In this document: positions 11,218-26,063 of the stretch, piece by piece | Layout of the letters: the number at the start of each line of letters is the position of its first letter | Position numbering within the stretch: position 1 is the stretch's first letter | Source: Chrysomallon squamiferum | Lineage: Eukaryota > Animalia > Mollusca | Assembly (NCBI GenBank): GCA_012295275.1 | Contig: CM022670.1 | Coordinates: 17,236,001 to 17,300,000 of the forward strand | Length of the DNA stretch: 64,000 nucleotides | Direction of reading: 5' to 3' | Program-made: the position numbers and the translations under genes | The notes under the pieces: model-generated | Told to the model about the DNA's origin: nothing | What the model saw: the letters and a program-made list of their open reading frames with translations, nothing else | Databases searched by the model: none

Positions 11218-11428
11218 CATGGTCAAATTATCAGGAATTCATGGTCAAATTATGAAGAATTCATGGTCAAATTATCAGGAATTCATGATTAAAGTATGAA
11301 GAATTCATGGTCAAATTATCAGGAATTCATGGTTAAAGTATGAAGAATTCATGGTCAAATTATCAGGAATTCATGGTTGAAGTATGAAGAATTCATGGTC
11401 AAATTATGAAGAATTCATGGTTAAAGTG
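11218..11428. repeat. 22-bp minisatellite, ~10 copies, two alternating variants
   Basis: Units CATGGTCAAATTATCAGGAATT and CATGGTTAAAGTATGAAGAATT. GGTCAAA recurs at 11221, 11243 and 11265. Degenerate copies extend back to ~11150. Confidence 0.92.
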
Positions 11429-12009
11429 GCAACATCACATGAGATGATGTGAACGTGACAAGTGGTGAAGGGAAGTGGTTAAAAGAGGGAGCATGACACA
11501 CAATAACATTACCATACGAAAATAGGCTGCCACACAAACTCATTACAGAGCATGTCAGAGGAGATTAAATCTGGTCATCTTTGAGTATTGATTTTTTTTT
11601 TTACATACAAAGTGGACAATGGCCAGAAATGTGCAAGCTTTGGACATCTTAGCCCAGAGATGACCAGTGGTCAGAACTCTGATGACAGCCTGCCAAGGGA
11701 CGGGTGAGCACAAGAACAGTTCATGTGTAAACGTGTGAAATCCTTGGCCAAGCACCATGAGACAGGCAATCCCTGGGGATCAATTAAAATGTGCAAGTAG
11801 CCATTAATCTAAGCAGCTGGTGAAAAATTGATGGAATGAGCAGATAGTGTGAAAGTAGGCATGCTCATACAGATTAAAGTGTTAAGCTGACTACAAATGT
11901 CCTCTTTTATCCCCATCGCTGTCCGTACTTGTTTAGAATGATCTTCTCCATATATGTTTTGTCATTAGGGACACTGTACATACTTTCATAGAGAAGTAAC
12001 ATGTAAACA

Positions 12010-12410
12010 AACACACACACATACATACATACATACATACATACATACATACATAGAGAAAAAGACAATCATACATACATACATACATACAGGCACAAAC
12101 ATAGAGAAACAGACAATCATACATAGATACATACACCACAGAGAGAAATGCATACTCATGCATGAAGATGTACAAACATCCATATATACAAACATATATA
12201 CAAATAAACATTCATACATGCATGCATTCATAAATATACATACATACATACATATATACACAGAAACATTCATTCATAGATATAAACATTTATTCATGCA
12301 TGCATATATATATATATACCAACACATACAAACACACACCCTTACATATATACCTACATACAAACATACGTTCATATATGCATACATTAGACTTACACAC
12401 TATATATGCA
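12010..12410. repeat. (CATA)n/(CA)n degenerate microsatellite
   Basis: Read directly from the sequence. Confidence 0.88.
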
Positions 12411-15400
12411 AACATTATAAAAATAAATGAAATAAGATTAAACATTTCATATATTTTATTATATTTACGTAACCATTAATAAGACAAATACATTTATATT
12501 TGTAACAATTACTCAGCATATGTGTACCATCAAGTGAAAAAAGGATTATGAACAGCATCAAATGAATTCAGCTAGATGAATACAACCCACACAAACTAAA
12601 ATGTTTGTTCACATGACCACAATATTTACAACCTCTCAGGATGTATAAATAAATAAAAAAAAAAATTCAAAAATTAAATCAATCTTATAACACTGAAGTG
12701 TAAACACTGCCATATAATTACCAGTCCTGTGGCAATATGCTTATACATAACTTAAATCAAAGACAAAGACTTGGAAAATTCTTTCAACATGCCATGAAGA
12801 ATCTAGCCATTACCATAATTCATTTTATTTTAGTTGTTAAAGAAAAGTGGGCAGCCATTTGTTAATAGGCATGAAATTTACCCTTAGGATGAAGACACTT
12901 GCTGGTTTAATGACCATACTTTCAACACCGCATCTCAAACATTAACATAATTTATTAGGAAAAGCCTCTCAGATCTTTAACACGATTGGTCCACTGACAG
13001 AAATAGATTGTGATTGGTCACAGCTTTGCTTCTGTGGATAGTTTATTTTGTTATAGCATTTGTCCAAGATCCAGTGTTTATGATGTTTTCATAACTGCAG
13101 TGTTTGTAATTGTTGAAAACTGAGTTATAGAGTACTGTTGATATTGAATATCCACCCCCCACAAAAAAAAAAAATATATATATATATATATAAAATGCTC
13201 AACAATCCTTCCCCACCCTCCCACCCAAAAAAAATAAATTAATAATAATAATAATAATAATAATAAAACAAAATGATAAGAAAAACTGAGACAAACATTA
13301 TGCAGGAAAAAATTAATAATGGATGAGTCCAATATTAATTTACGTATTTATTATACATAAATGTTAATCTTTTGATCTTTTATTTGATATGCAATCAATA
13401 AATAAAGGCAATTAGCTATTTCATCTTAAATTGCATTTGTAATTAATTAAAAAAAAAGGAAAAAAAATTTATTAACAGACAATGTCTTTAATTTTATGAA
13501 TAAACTGAACTTTCACTGCATTAAAATCAATACAAAATACAATCCACTTTGTCATATGCAAAATAAAATTGAAGTTTCTTTATTCTTTCATCAAGCTGTA
13601 CCTAATTGCTGTGTTATGGTTCAGAAATCCCAAACAATAGATGGAAGTAAAAAGAAAAAGATGTGTTAATATGTCACTAGTGTATGCCTCTGGGATGTTT
13701 GAGCTAAAGTGTTTGTGAAAAAGAAAATCACAAGTGCCTAATTAAACCACTTCCATTATCACAAAGATGCAAGAAAAAAAATCCATGGATGTTACAGGCA
13801 TTTAGTTTCCACGCTGCCATTATGGCATACTGGTAGCCTAGCATTGTTCGTGGTTATAAGCATGAAAGCAGGAAATGTGAGCAATTCAAATGATTATTGT
13901 TAATTGATACAGTTCTTAAAAACCAGGGACCATGTGATAAAGATGACTTAATTATGATTACTGTAAATGAAAACAAAATTAGGATGGAAAAAAAAAAATC
14001 TTTGTAAGCTGTGATTTGTTAAACTGAGGTAAATTTCTGGTTAGTGATGCATGGGGACAGCGCAGTTTGAAACAAGCTGTTTACAGCTAGTTTTAGACAA
14101 CAGTGACACTGGGGTGGAACAAAACTTTGTAGTTTTTTTTTTTCATTACCTGGCAGCTGACTATGTGATTTGGTTTCACATGTGACTGAAGTATATAACA
14201 TGTATACATATTCTGAAAAGTGAAACAAATGCCACATATGTGGTGGAATAAATCTGTGCAGAAGTATCTAAATAATGTCTTTGAATGTCACTTAAAAAAA
14301 CACTATGAATGTTTGTTCCAACACAGTAATTTGTGTTGTTTTAGAAACAGGTTGTTTTTCATGTAATTTCAGATCTTTTTTTTTGTTGTTGTTTTGTTGT
14401 TGTTTTTTTCCAATACAAAATGCAAACCTGCCATTTAGCTTCTCTAGAATTACAAAGTTGAATCTTCAATATATCCCATGTGAATTCCAGATAACACAGT
14501 TTATTACATTCATAGCTTTATAGCAGGGATGTGCATTAATATGATATATATTTATGAGAGAAGAAAACTTGGCAACTCTCAACTCTAGAATATTCTTACT
14601 AATTAGATCAGAATAAGAAAAACAAAATGGCAGGGGAAAAACTGGCACACCCAGTTTTCAGTTATTGTTTGTCATGACACCTGGAATAAATAATACTCTT
14701 GGAAAGAAACTTCAGTTCTACCATCTTCAACAAACATGTCTGTGTGTAATCAATATTGTACATTATGTAACTGTTATGTCTTGTTTTACACACTGTATCA
14801 AGAATCCAACTTGATCTATTATCGAAAAAAAAAATACACACCTCCTGCTTAGCGATACAAAATTAGTAGAGATGAAAATGTTAAGCTGGAGAAACATGTC
14901 TGATTGTGTTTATGAACAAATTCTCCATGTGCAGTGGGGTTTACAGACTACTGGAGTCTTGAGTTAATGATGTCTCACAGTTAGAAAAACTGCTACATTA
15001 GAAACAATATCAATATAAAATACACCAGACATAATCCATTTAACAAATGAATGTTTTAACTAACAGAGCTAAAGATTGCAATTTTGTATAATTGTGTCAG
15101 AAAAGCATTATTATTAAAACAGTATCAGCATAAAACATATCAGACATAATCCATTAGACAATGGAATTTCTCAAACTGAAGAGCTAAAGATATTAGTTCT
15201 AGGAAATATGTCATAAGTCTGTACATAAAAAACACATAATATTAACTATATCAGGTGACATTGCAGATCTAAATGTTTCATTTCCAGAATATATAATCCA
15301 AATAGTATGACAATGATAATTAAATAATATAAAATGAAATATTATAATAATGATAAATAAATAATATAATTATTATAGCTGCCATGTTTTCCATATTTTC

Positions 15401-15949
15401 AATGTGGTTTTTTTTTTATCAGTCTAGTCCTATTAGATAATACGAGTGAAAATTTCCTACAGACAGTTAAATCACTTTAATAATTCTTAACACAAATCCA
15501 ATTGAAAGAAAGTTTATATCAAAATGAAATGAATTTGAACAAATTATCAATTTAATATCTTTTATAAACCATATTAAATCAGGTTTTTTAAAAAGTTGAA
15601 CTGTTCTGAGGTATTGCTTTCTTGTCGGTTTCTTCCTTTGCTTTTTTTTCATTTTATTATATTTTATTATAAATATCGGTGAAGCATTACCAGTGATTTC
15701 TGTTTAATGATGAAAATCACTTTTTGAAAGACTACAATGTACACTCCACTGATTTACTAAAAGCAAACATACTTTACTTAGTGAAAGTGTTGAAAAAAGG
15801 GTCATTCAGAACAGTATATTAATATCAGAAAGAAAATTTTTGCAAAGCTATGTTAGTTCACGCCTGGCTGCACGAACTGGTGATGTCTGCGAATTTAAAC
15901 AACTTGTCAGCTTCAGCTGTTTAAATATCACTTTCTGAAATTTCATTTC

Positions 15950-16130
15950 CACATGGATGAATTTTAACTATTTAAAATCTGTAAATCACCCTTTTATGGA
16001 TAAATTTTAACTTTTTGAAAACTGTAAATCGCCTTTTTATGGATGAATTTTATGAATTTAAATACTGTCAGCCTTCTTTTATGGATGGATTTTAACTATC
16101 TTGAATGCTGTAAACCCTCTTTTATGGTTT
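15950..16130. repeat. Degenerate ~43-bp tandem repeat, ~4 copies
   Basis: Recurring TTTATGGATGAATTTTAACT...CTGTAAATC. Confidence 0.7.
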
Positions 16131-17113
16131 ATTTATGACACAGATAAACTTAAGGAAACATATTTTTTAAAACCTTTAACACCACTGTTAACAATATGCA
16201 GACAGGCTGATCATAAAGCATCAATAAATGTTTCTATGGAACAATGGTTCTGTTACAAACCACAGTTAAATTAAAACACAAAATATTTAAATTTTTATAT
16301 TAAGAATCTATTCATATCTTTCACATGAAATTAATTACTTAAACTAATACAGTTTATATATATATATATATATATCTATATATATATTTTATAGTCTAAT
16401 GTAGTCTAATCTGTTCAACTCCATATATATTCATTTTTGTAGATATATAATCAGGTTTGCTGTTTAAATATAAATCACTTGAATCATGATATAAATCCAT
16501 GGTCTTGTATATTCCTATTTTTTAATAAAATAACGTATAAATACTATTTAATATCCATCACCTGAACTTGTATCATTTAATTTAACAATAAATAACTATA
16601 ACTGTTTAATAAAAACCTGTTTTTACATTTAGAATTTCTGACTGAAAAGTTATTTATAATATAACATCATTTTTATTGTCTTTGAAATGATAACAAGTTT
16701 CAGTGACATAAAAATCATTGTTCCCAATCAAATCAGGTGTTAAAAATATGTCAATAAAGTTTTTATAGCCTACAGGATTTAATATTAAATATGTCTCCAA
16801 TGCACCAGACCTCCAATCCTTTAACTTTTCTCAAACAATAAAACGAGAGTGAAATCACTGGAGACATCTTCTAATTCTTTATCCATGTCAATAATTTAAT
16901 ACAACACTTTCATATGTGGTATAAACAGATTTGCTTTCTTATAAATTATTCATATTTATAATTCCATGTATCTATGAGAGAACCGAATCACCTTTGCTGT
17001 GAAGCAAAACTTATTAAACTCTATTCTTATTAGGTGATATGAGCTGTATGAGATACTAATCATATCTCTCTGTTATTGATTAAAAGAATAATCAATGTTC
17101 TTGATATTAAAAA

Positions 17114-17149
<36 letters not shown>

Positions 17150-19967
17150 CTGAATAGGTTTGTTCATAGACAGGGTTTATACATACACGTAGTTGAGAAA
17201 TACATCATTTTAATTCACACGTATTACAAAACAACATAACCCAAGCGTAAGTTATACAAACACTTTAAATTAATAATGCATTCAAGACACAGAACAGAGA
17301 ATCCAATGTGGATTTGCTTCCAGCAGACTTAATACGATTATAATCCTACCTTTTTCACCACTTCAGCCACCTTTGTGATGAGTCCAGAAAGGAGTGATAA
17401 CAAAGCAGTGTTACTTAACGATGTCAGCATCCCCTGGTACAGCACAGCTCCACTGATGTACCCTCAGTAATCTAGTACCAGGTACTCACACCTAACACCT
17501 TGCTCCACCCTCAGGTCTTACTTTAAACCATCACAATGGACAACACTTAGCCAAATATGCTATCACAGTAATTTAGGTGTTGACCATTTCAGTCCATTAC
17601 TGATGTTTAAATTTTTTTGCGGAATGTCTACATTTGGAAAGATTATTAATAAAAAAAAATTTGATTAATTTAACTGTTGATAAAAATGTCATTAAAATTT
17701 TGAGCTTTTCAGTCTGTTACTAATATTTAAATTGCACTAGTAGAATGTTTACATTTGCAAATAAGATTAAATTTAATTGGTTTCAAAACATACCATTTTA
17801 GTCCATTACTAATGTTTAAATTCTAGGTGCAAAATGGAAAGATAATTAATCAAAATTCTGGTTAATTTAATTGTTCACAAAAAATTTCAGTTCATTACTA
17901 ATATCTGAATACCACAAACAGAGTATTTATACATGTGTGTTTGGAAAGATGATAAAAATTCTGAGTTGTTTTATCTATAAAATATTTGGTGTTTGTCAGA
18001 ATGTGACTATAAGATTGTGAACATGTTATCAAATGAAAGAGAGGAGTTTATAAGTAAAGTGGGTTTAAGTTTGTGTTATAATTATCACATTGGTGGGAAT
18101 TGCTTGGTGGGTCAGATATCATGCCAGTTCTAATTGGATGTGAAAATTAACAAGGGATTACACAGGACAATGTTGTAAACAAATCCAGACTTGTAGTCAG
18201 AACTAACCACACAAACAAACAATACATTTAAATTATGTTTACGTGCAAACACAAGAAGCAAACAAAAGTGAAATGTATTTGGCTTATATTTGTTTTTTCA
18301 GACATATATGTGACAGATTAAAAAATTAATCAGATTTAAAATTACGTTTTTTTCCCCAGACCTTTATGTGACAGATGAAAGAATTAATTTGATTTAAATT
18401 GATTTTTTCACACCTACATGTGATAAAGAAAAGAATTAATCTGATCAGTTTTTCTATTAAAATGTTCACAAGAAAAGGTTTGTATTGGAAATGGATGCAT
18501 ACATTCTGTTTCTGTTACTCCCAGCAATTTCAGAAGAATAGTTGTTATCTAATGGCAAAGATCTGAACTTCAGCAGAATCAGACAACAGTCAGGTACTGG
18601 ACAATGAAAACTTTAAGACAGACCAGAGATTCAGTTAAAAATCAATGTACTGTGTCTACTGAATGTACAGAGAAAGTAAAAATATTGACATTTGTTGCAG
18701 TGACTAAAGACAAACACACAAGAGTAAAGCAAAATGATGAGAATTCAAAAGATTTCAGTTTGACAAATACAAATAAAACATGCTGATAATAGCAAAGTAT
18801 TGTAACATTAGTCTGGTATTCATTCATTATTTTAAAATAAAGTAACAAAGTGAAGATAAAATACTGAAGATTAAATATCACCAGCAGATAAAGAAAATAC
18901 ATTTTTTTTTCATTATTAAATGTCAGTAATTTAATATAACCAATTCAGTGAACTTGGATGTTCATATTTTAAACCATTACAGATGTGGTCTAAATAAAAT
19001 CATTACACATGTGGTCTATCTAAAATCATTAGGCCAGTCGAACTAAAATCATTACACATGTGGCACACTCCACAGTGAAACTGGTCATAACATTTGCACT
19101 AAGCACATATCTGCATTGTCTTTCTAGAGTCCAATCAGGCCAATTTAGACCAAAGATATGCTAATGAGCTGCATTAAGTGATTTTCTCACCCATTTTCTG
19201 AAAGGAGCTAATTCTAGGATTAATTAGCCATAAATGTGGAATCGGGGAACAAGGGAACCTAACAGAGCCAATTTGTAACGGCAGTGTCAACATTAAGTTA
19301 AAAACTGAACACTTAGAGCTGTATGAGTTGCTGTGTAAACCTGGTGGCATGTTGGAGCTTCCAGATTGGTGCAGAATATAAACAAGTTTTTCTAGCAAGT
19401 GTTGTTGAGACTGTTAAGAGGTCTTGTTGAGAATGAACCCCCCCAAAAAAATAAAATAGTGTAGTTAGATCCAATTATGAAATGTGTTGTGTGAACTGGT
19501 GTCACAACTTAACCCTTGCACTGAACTAGCTGTTTACATAGCTAAGAGAAGTATATGTATTTTTATATAAATAAAGTCATTGAAAACGATTCTTAGACTT
19601 TATCAGCTCTTTCAGAAATAACATCATTTGTTTGTCCTGAGGCCATTTCCCACAGTGTTCACTTTTTTCTTCTTCAACTGCTGTATCAGAGAGGCTGTGT
19701 ATTTTTGACTACAGACATTTAGTTGCAAATAACAAACAACATTTCTCCTGTGCCAATTGATCTAATAATATAGTAAAGTAATTGTCAGTTGAGAGTGGTA
19801 TCTGCCTTCTGCATATATCAACATAAATTACACAAATAAAAAATAATATTATATGTTAATTAAAGAAATATTTTTACCAGTGATTATTTCAATGAAAATT
19901 GTGTAATGTACAAGATGAAATAATTCAAATACTTTGTCACTTCATAGTATTCTTCTCATCTCTTTTT

Positions 19968-20098
19968 CACGAGGACTACATTGGAAATAAGTGTACAATA
20001 GTGTGCTTTTGTGCTTTATCCTCAGTGATTATTTGTTATTTGATTATTATGTATCATGTGTATTATTTTACCAGATAAATTTTAGTTCAGTTCAGTCA
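19968..20098 (+). mobile_element. Probable 3' end of a 5'-truncated LINE (L2/Crack-like)
   Basis: Stem CACGAGGA...TCCTCAGTG enclosing TGGAAATAAG, then ATAAA and a short (TTCAG)n tail. The resemblance to such 3' ends is from memory and was not searched. Confidence 0.4.
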
Positions 20099-21329
20099 AT
20101 AACTATATAGCTTTGTTTTTGAGACTTTGCTTATCCAACTGTGCTTCATAGACTTTCATGAAAATTGGAAATACTTTTTTTTTATGATTTATGACAGCAA
20201 AAAGATCTATCATTCTAAACTTTGCACTTTAGATTTCATACTCTTTTTTTTTTTCAAGATTTTTTCCAAAAAAAAAAAAAAAAAAAAAAAAGAAACAATT
20301 TAATTTATTTTCTGAAAACATCATCAATAAATGTTTTCATTTTAACATTCTGTCTTTAAATCAAAAAATCCCCCAAAACCGTGAATAAATTTTAAATATT
20401 TAGCTTCTGTAGTTTTTTTTATATTCAGGATTTCTTTATATTAAACTATATAGATATTTTTTTCTTCTTCTAGTAACATCTTCAAAGTGTTCATTTTAAC
20501 ATTCTTTTTTTTTAATCTTTTTAAAAAAAAAAAAAAATAAATAAAAGAATTGAAAGAAAGGTGCGATAACAATGAATAAATTTTAAGGATTTAGAAAGGT
20601 TAATATATTTAATCTAATCTTTGTTTAAAGTGCCTGAGGAATGGGTCAAAGGCCTGATCATCCATATTCCAGTGGCTGATCAAACACATCAACATCTGTC
20701 CCACTGCCAATACTTTCACACTCTGCCTGAACAGAAGATGAGTCTTTTCAAACATGTTTTTAAACAAATGTTTGAAATGTGATATGCTTACAGCTACTGA
20801 ACAGAACAGAGTTAAAATATATTGAACAATAAAGTTCAAATACAGGACATTTGCCAGTTAGTTGTGTTCCCAAGATGGAAATACTGCTGTTTGATGTTGA
20901 CAAAGAAATGATAAATTTTGTAAAATAAACCAGGGTGACTCATAAGTATCTGGTCAGCATATAATTGTGAAAAATATACATATACTTATTTTAAAATGTT
21001 CAGAAAATGTTTACAGTTTATTTAATGCATTCAGCCTACTGACATTTTAAGTGCTGGCCATTAACTTCATGGTATTTTTCAAACAAAATAACATTTCAAT
21101 TTTTGTGTATGCAGTCAGTGATAAACTAAAATTTTCATGAAATAAATAGTTATATTTAATAATACAGTCAAAGATAAATTGATTTAATAAATAAATATCA
21201 TAATTTATTTATTAGATTTCAATTTCTGTTTAACCATTCTTTAAATTTGCTGTAAGTAAATATATGATGGATATGTGTTAATACGAGGGTGAATGTTGAA
21301 TGGTTGTGTATTAAACTTGTTATTGTTAT

Positions 21330-21930
21330 AAACATATCATGGACATGTATTAACATGTCATAAAGATAATACTTTAAATATTAACATAATGGTAAATGTA
21401 TAATTGACATGTATTAAACTTGTTATGTGGACATGTATTATCATGTTATGAAGGTCAATATATCATGAAAATGTATTAAAATTGTTATAAGGATATATGT
21501 ATCATGGACATGTATTAACATGTAAAAAAGGTAAAAATATCATGATCGTGTTTTATCATGTAAAAAAGGTAAAACTATCGTGGACATATATTAACATGTT
21601 ATTAATAATTAAGGTAAAAATATCATGGATGTGTATTAACATGTAAAAAAGGTAAAAAACTATCATGGACATGTATTAACATGTTATTATTAATTAAGGT
21701 AAAAATATCATTGACATGTTTTAACATGTAAAAAAGGTAAAAAACTATCGTGGACATGTATTAACATGTTATTATTAATTAAGGTAAAAATATCATTGAC
21801 ATGTTTTAACATGTAAAAAAGGTAAAAAACTATCGTGGACATGTATTAACATGTTATTATTAATTAAGGTAAAAATATCATGGATGTGTATTAACATGTA
21901 AAAAAGGTAAAAAAATATCAAGGACATGTG
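21330..21930. repeat. Minisatellite with 40/45-bp units forming an 85-bp higher-order dimer
   Basis: AAGGTAAAAATATC recurs at 21611, 21696, 21781 and 21866 (period 85). The core is GGACATGTATTAACATGT. Confidence 0.92.
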
Positions 21931-23290
21931 TCATCCGCACTGACAGAGACACGAGACATTGATCAGCACATTTCTCACAGTGGGAATCACGTTGTACACA
22001 ATAAACCCAGAGTTTTAACCACTCATCAAACACAGATAGATTCTTCATTCATTCAGCATGCGCTTGTAATAACCGACACAGAAGTTACTTGGAAAAAAAC
22101 CTATACTCCTCAGCCTGTAAGCAAACAGCAGCTCTGTGGCAGGTCTTGAATCATGATTTGAACAAGCAATACCACGCAGCAGATATTTCATAAAACCATC
22201 ATGCTAAACAGGAGATCTTTTAAGAGAAACACGGGCAGTGCTTATAAAAACATGTTGACATGGACTTGGGAAATAGCTGTTACAAAGATGTGATCAAATT
22301 TCATATTACTTTAGAGAATACTTTTTTTTTTTTTTTTTTGAGTTTTTCGTTTTGAATCAGTAGGCTGAGAGAGATCTGCGTGGATCTCTCTATGTGTCTA
22401 TTAAAATATGGTTTTTTCTTGTTTGTCTTCAGTTCTTGTGACCACACAGATCATAAAAAAAAGCTATTAGTTAATTAAGTGTATGAAAGAAAAAAAAAGG
22501 AGAGGTTTTGTTGTTTGGTTGTAGGGTTGAGGGGATAATACAAAAATTTTGTTCACAAATAATCAAATGTTTATGAAATGAGGATGACTCTATTAATATA
22601 AGATTAACAGATGAGTTGTTGCTACATCATCCATTTCAGTCATTTACTTATAAAAATATGTCATACTGCTCAAAGTTCAGAATTTATGGCTAACAGTATC
22701 ATCATTACCATTGTCATAATCATCATAATCATAACATCATCATCACGATACATATGATCATCGTAAGATCATAATCATCATCACCATCATCATCAATTAA
22801 ATAAATATGATCATCATAAACATCATCATCAAATAAATAGGGAAAAAACTCAATTGTTAACAGAGGACAGTAATGTTGATGTAGCTGTTGTTGAACAGTT
22901 TAATAATTTTATTAACAGTAATTTCTTACAGTAGTGTGCTAATGTTTTTACATTATTGATGAATTGTCATATCAATTTCATGCTGCCCTTTGTCATATAT
23001 GTATGTTAAAACATCACATGCCAGGGTTAAATGTAAAGCAATTTCTGTTTTTAATCATATGATGATAACATAATTTCAATTGTAGTTAAATTAAACTTTT
23101 TTTTATTTTTCAAGTAAATATAGATCTATATAAAAAAAGAAACCTGTTAATTTAATAAATATAAAACTAATTTAATAGGTTGGTGATGAAGCATAAAATT
23201 TTAAATTTAATCTTGTTGGATTTTGTTTTCAGAGATATAGTTTTGGGATGTTTTTTTTTTTTTATTATTATTATTATCATTATTCATAAT

Positions 23291-23329
<39 letters not shown>

Positions 23330-24750
23330 TTATTTTGTTGTTGTTGATTGTTGCTGTTGTTGTTGTTTATATTTTTATCAATTAAACAATCTTTTGTCAC
23401 TATTACTGTTATTTGTCTGAAGATGTTATTGAAAAGCCCGAGTGTAAACATCAGGGGTTTAATAAATTAATACAAAGAGCTCATCAACTCAGAAAATGTC
23501 AGACAAATTGAATGTAGTAAGACAGAAGGGAGAGAGATAAAAAAAATATTTCTAAAACTATCTACTATTAAAATGAGATTTTCATTATTACTTGATAGTT
23601 AAAGCTTTTGTGTGAAAGAATGATCTTGTTTAGATGATGGACATGTAGATGAATGATAAACAAGCAATGATAACAGTAACAGTGATGTATATATGACATA
23701 CATTTTGACATCTTTAGTTGGAAAGATTGAGCAGTTTAAGTGTTACACAGCAAGCAGACAGACAATCTCTTTTCTTTTGCATATGAAAGAAAAACTTCTT
23801 ATTTTGACAGCTTTTTGTTGTTTTTAATTTACACAAAATGTTTTCTAGAAATGTGTTTTTCTTGGCAAAAGATGTGCTAATTGTTATTGTAGAGTAGATT
23901 TGCACATTGATGGAGATAGCTTGGTAGCAGTGAAGCAAATCGCGTCAGAATTTCCACACATGCCATGTTTATCCACATGGAAACAATACAGCCCACAGTG
24001 TGTGTGTGTAAAATAAATAAAAATATTGACAAAGTCTCACTCAAAGAAAGTGGTGAGGACAGAATTAAAACTGTTTTTATATATATATATTGATACAAAA
24101 AATGTATTTTGGTAAAAACAAAATAAAAAGAAAAAAAAAGAAAAGAAATGTCTGACATTTTATTAGCTCATTTTGATTGATCTGAGGTTAAGAATTCCCA
24201 TGATGCTCTTTGGCAATTTCACTTTCAAAGAGACTGCAGTACATTAATTAGTAATGTGAAATGAAAAATAAATTATTTATCAAAGCCAAAGATTATTTAA
24301 TAATAACAATCTTTTTATTCATAAAGGTAAATTCTGAAGAGAAAAGTAAATACCAAAATGTCAAATTATTATTATTATTATTATTTTTTTTAAAGTACTT
24401 TAAAAAATAATCTTAGTATATCCAGAAATCAATAACTAAGTCTTATTTATGTAATGGATGACTGGAGAGTGATACAAGACTAATAATAAACAGTCCTGAT
24501 TGTCCATTTATCAGAATCTAATCAATATGTATGATATACAACTGTAGAAGACAATTACCAGGTATTTACATATAATTCCTGGCTTGAATCCTTTGTTTCA
24601 CATAACCACTAATACACATTGATGTAATTCACAGACAGAGACCAAAATTACATGAAACTGGTTTTTTTTTTTATTATTGATTTTCTAGAAATCAGATTTT
24701 TATAATTCTTATAAAATACTCTTAAAATTATATTTTTTAAAAAAGAAATG

Positions 24751-24787
<37 letters not shown>

Positions 24788-25879
24788 TATACACACATTT
24801 ACTTACTTATTTTGTCCAATGTTGCCAGTGAATTTCAGAAGTTTGTTGATCAAAGAACGTATCTGTAAAAATAAATCATAACTTTATACTTTACATTTAC
24901 AAATAATTACAAAAGAAATGTTTTCTTAACTTTATACTTTACATTTACAAACAGAAATGTTTTCTTATCACCAATTTTCTCATCTTTCAACACTGGTTAA
25001 TAAGACTCTTTTTTTTTCTGTCTGTTAAAGTTTCTGCAGGTTTACGTTACTTCCAGTAATCTCTTTCAGAATTATATTTTAGTCCGACAGAAACTAAATA
25101 AACATAATTTAAAAAGACAACCATTCAGAACAATATTAGAAAATCATTTAGGAATCTCTAGAGCAGTGAAAGGTGGGTGTGGGTGTGGTGTGTAGTTTAC
25201 ATTTTGCTGTCACTACACTGATTACCGACTCACAGGAACTCTTGCTCTAAAACAGCTGGATGAAACCAAAGAATCTTCAAAGCAAAAACAAAAATACAAT
25301 TAACCCCAATTCAGCTATTTTTTTTTTATTAACGCAGATTTTATCAAACTACTCCATGACAGGAAAATGAGCACTAAATTGGCTGCTTGAAATATCAAAG
25401 ACGACAGCTATTAATAAAAAAAATTCCAAAAAACCTAAATAAAGTCTTAGAAATGAAGAAAATCTATATAAAAAAACAAATTAAAAAAAAAATCCCATGT
25501 TTGAAAATTCTGATAGCTGTCAGATACTATGATTATAACCAATTTAATTTTTTTTTTCATTCTCTTGTTTTATAAATATATCAGCTTACGTGTTTCATTG
25601 AATACAAGCATCATCGTCAACAGATCTCTTTCATTTGTCTAGTATACTAACACAATCATTCTTAAATTTTTATTTTATCAGCACCTTTTTAAAATAAATT
25701 TAAAGTGTTGTAACCCCAAAGTTAAATTTTATGCTGATTGTGGAAGTACAATGACAGAGAATTATGAAGTTATATGCATTTGTAAACATAGAAGACATGT
25801 TTTGTGTGTAAAATAAAATTTCTTTATTATCTCAATGCAGATCAGTATATACAGTATGGTTTATAAGAAAGTGAGGATG

Positions 25880-25934
25880 AGAGTGAGAGAGACAGAACTG
25901 AGACAGAGAGAAAGAAAAAGAGAGAGACACAGAC

Positions 25935-26001
<67 letters not shown>
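25880..26001. repeat. (AG)n microsatellite
   Basis: Pure AG run at ~25945-26001. Confidence 0.95.
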
Positions 26002-26004
<3 letters not shown>

Positions 26005-26029
26005 GTTATTTTTATTTTCACAGCACATG

Positions 26030-26063
26030 TAGGGGGTGCTTTTTGTCCAGGTTGAGAACCACT
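26030..26063. mobile_element. Solo hAT/Charlie-type terminal inverted repeat
   Basis: CCAGGTTGAGAACCACTG is the reverse complement of the CAGTGGTTCTCAACC-type terminus of hAT-Charlie MITEs. No partner end was found. Confidence 0.45.

Noticed and set aside
22368-22391. Small perfect hairpins (also 14638-14659, 27370-27397, 38794-38814)
   Set aside because: Stems of 8-9 bp in low-complexity sequence are expected by chance in 64 kb.
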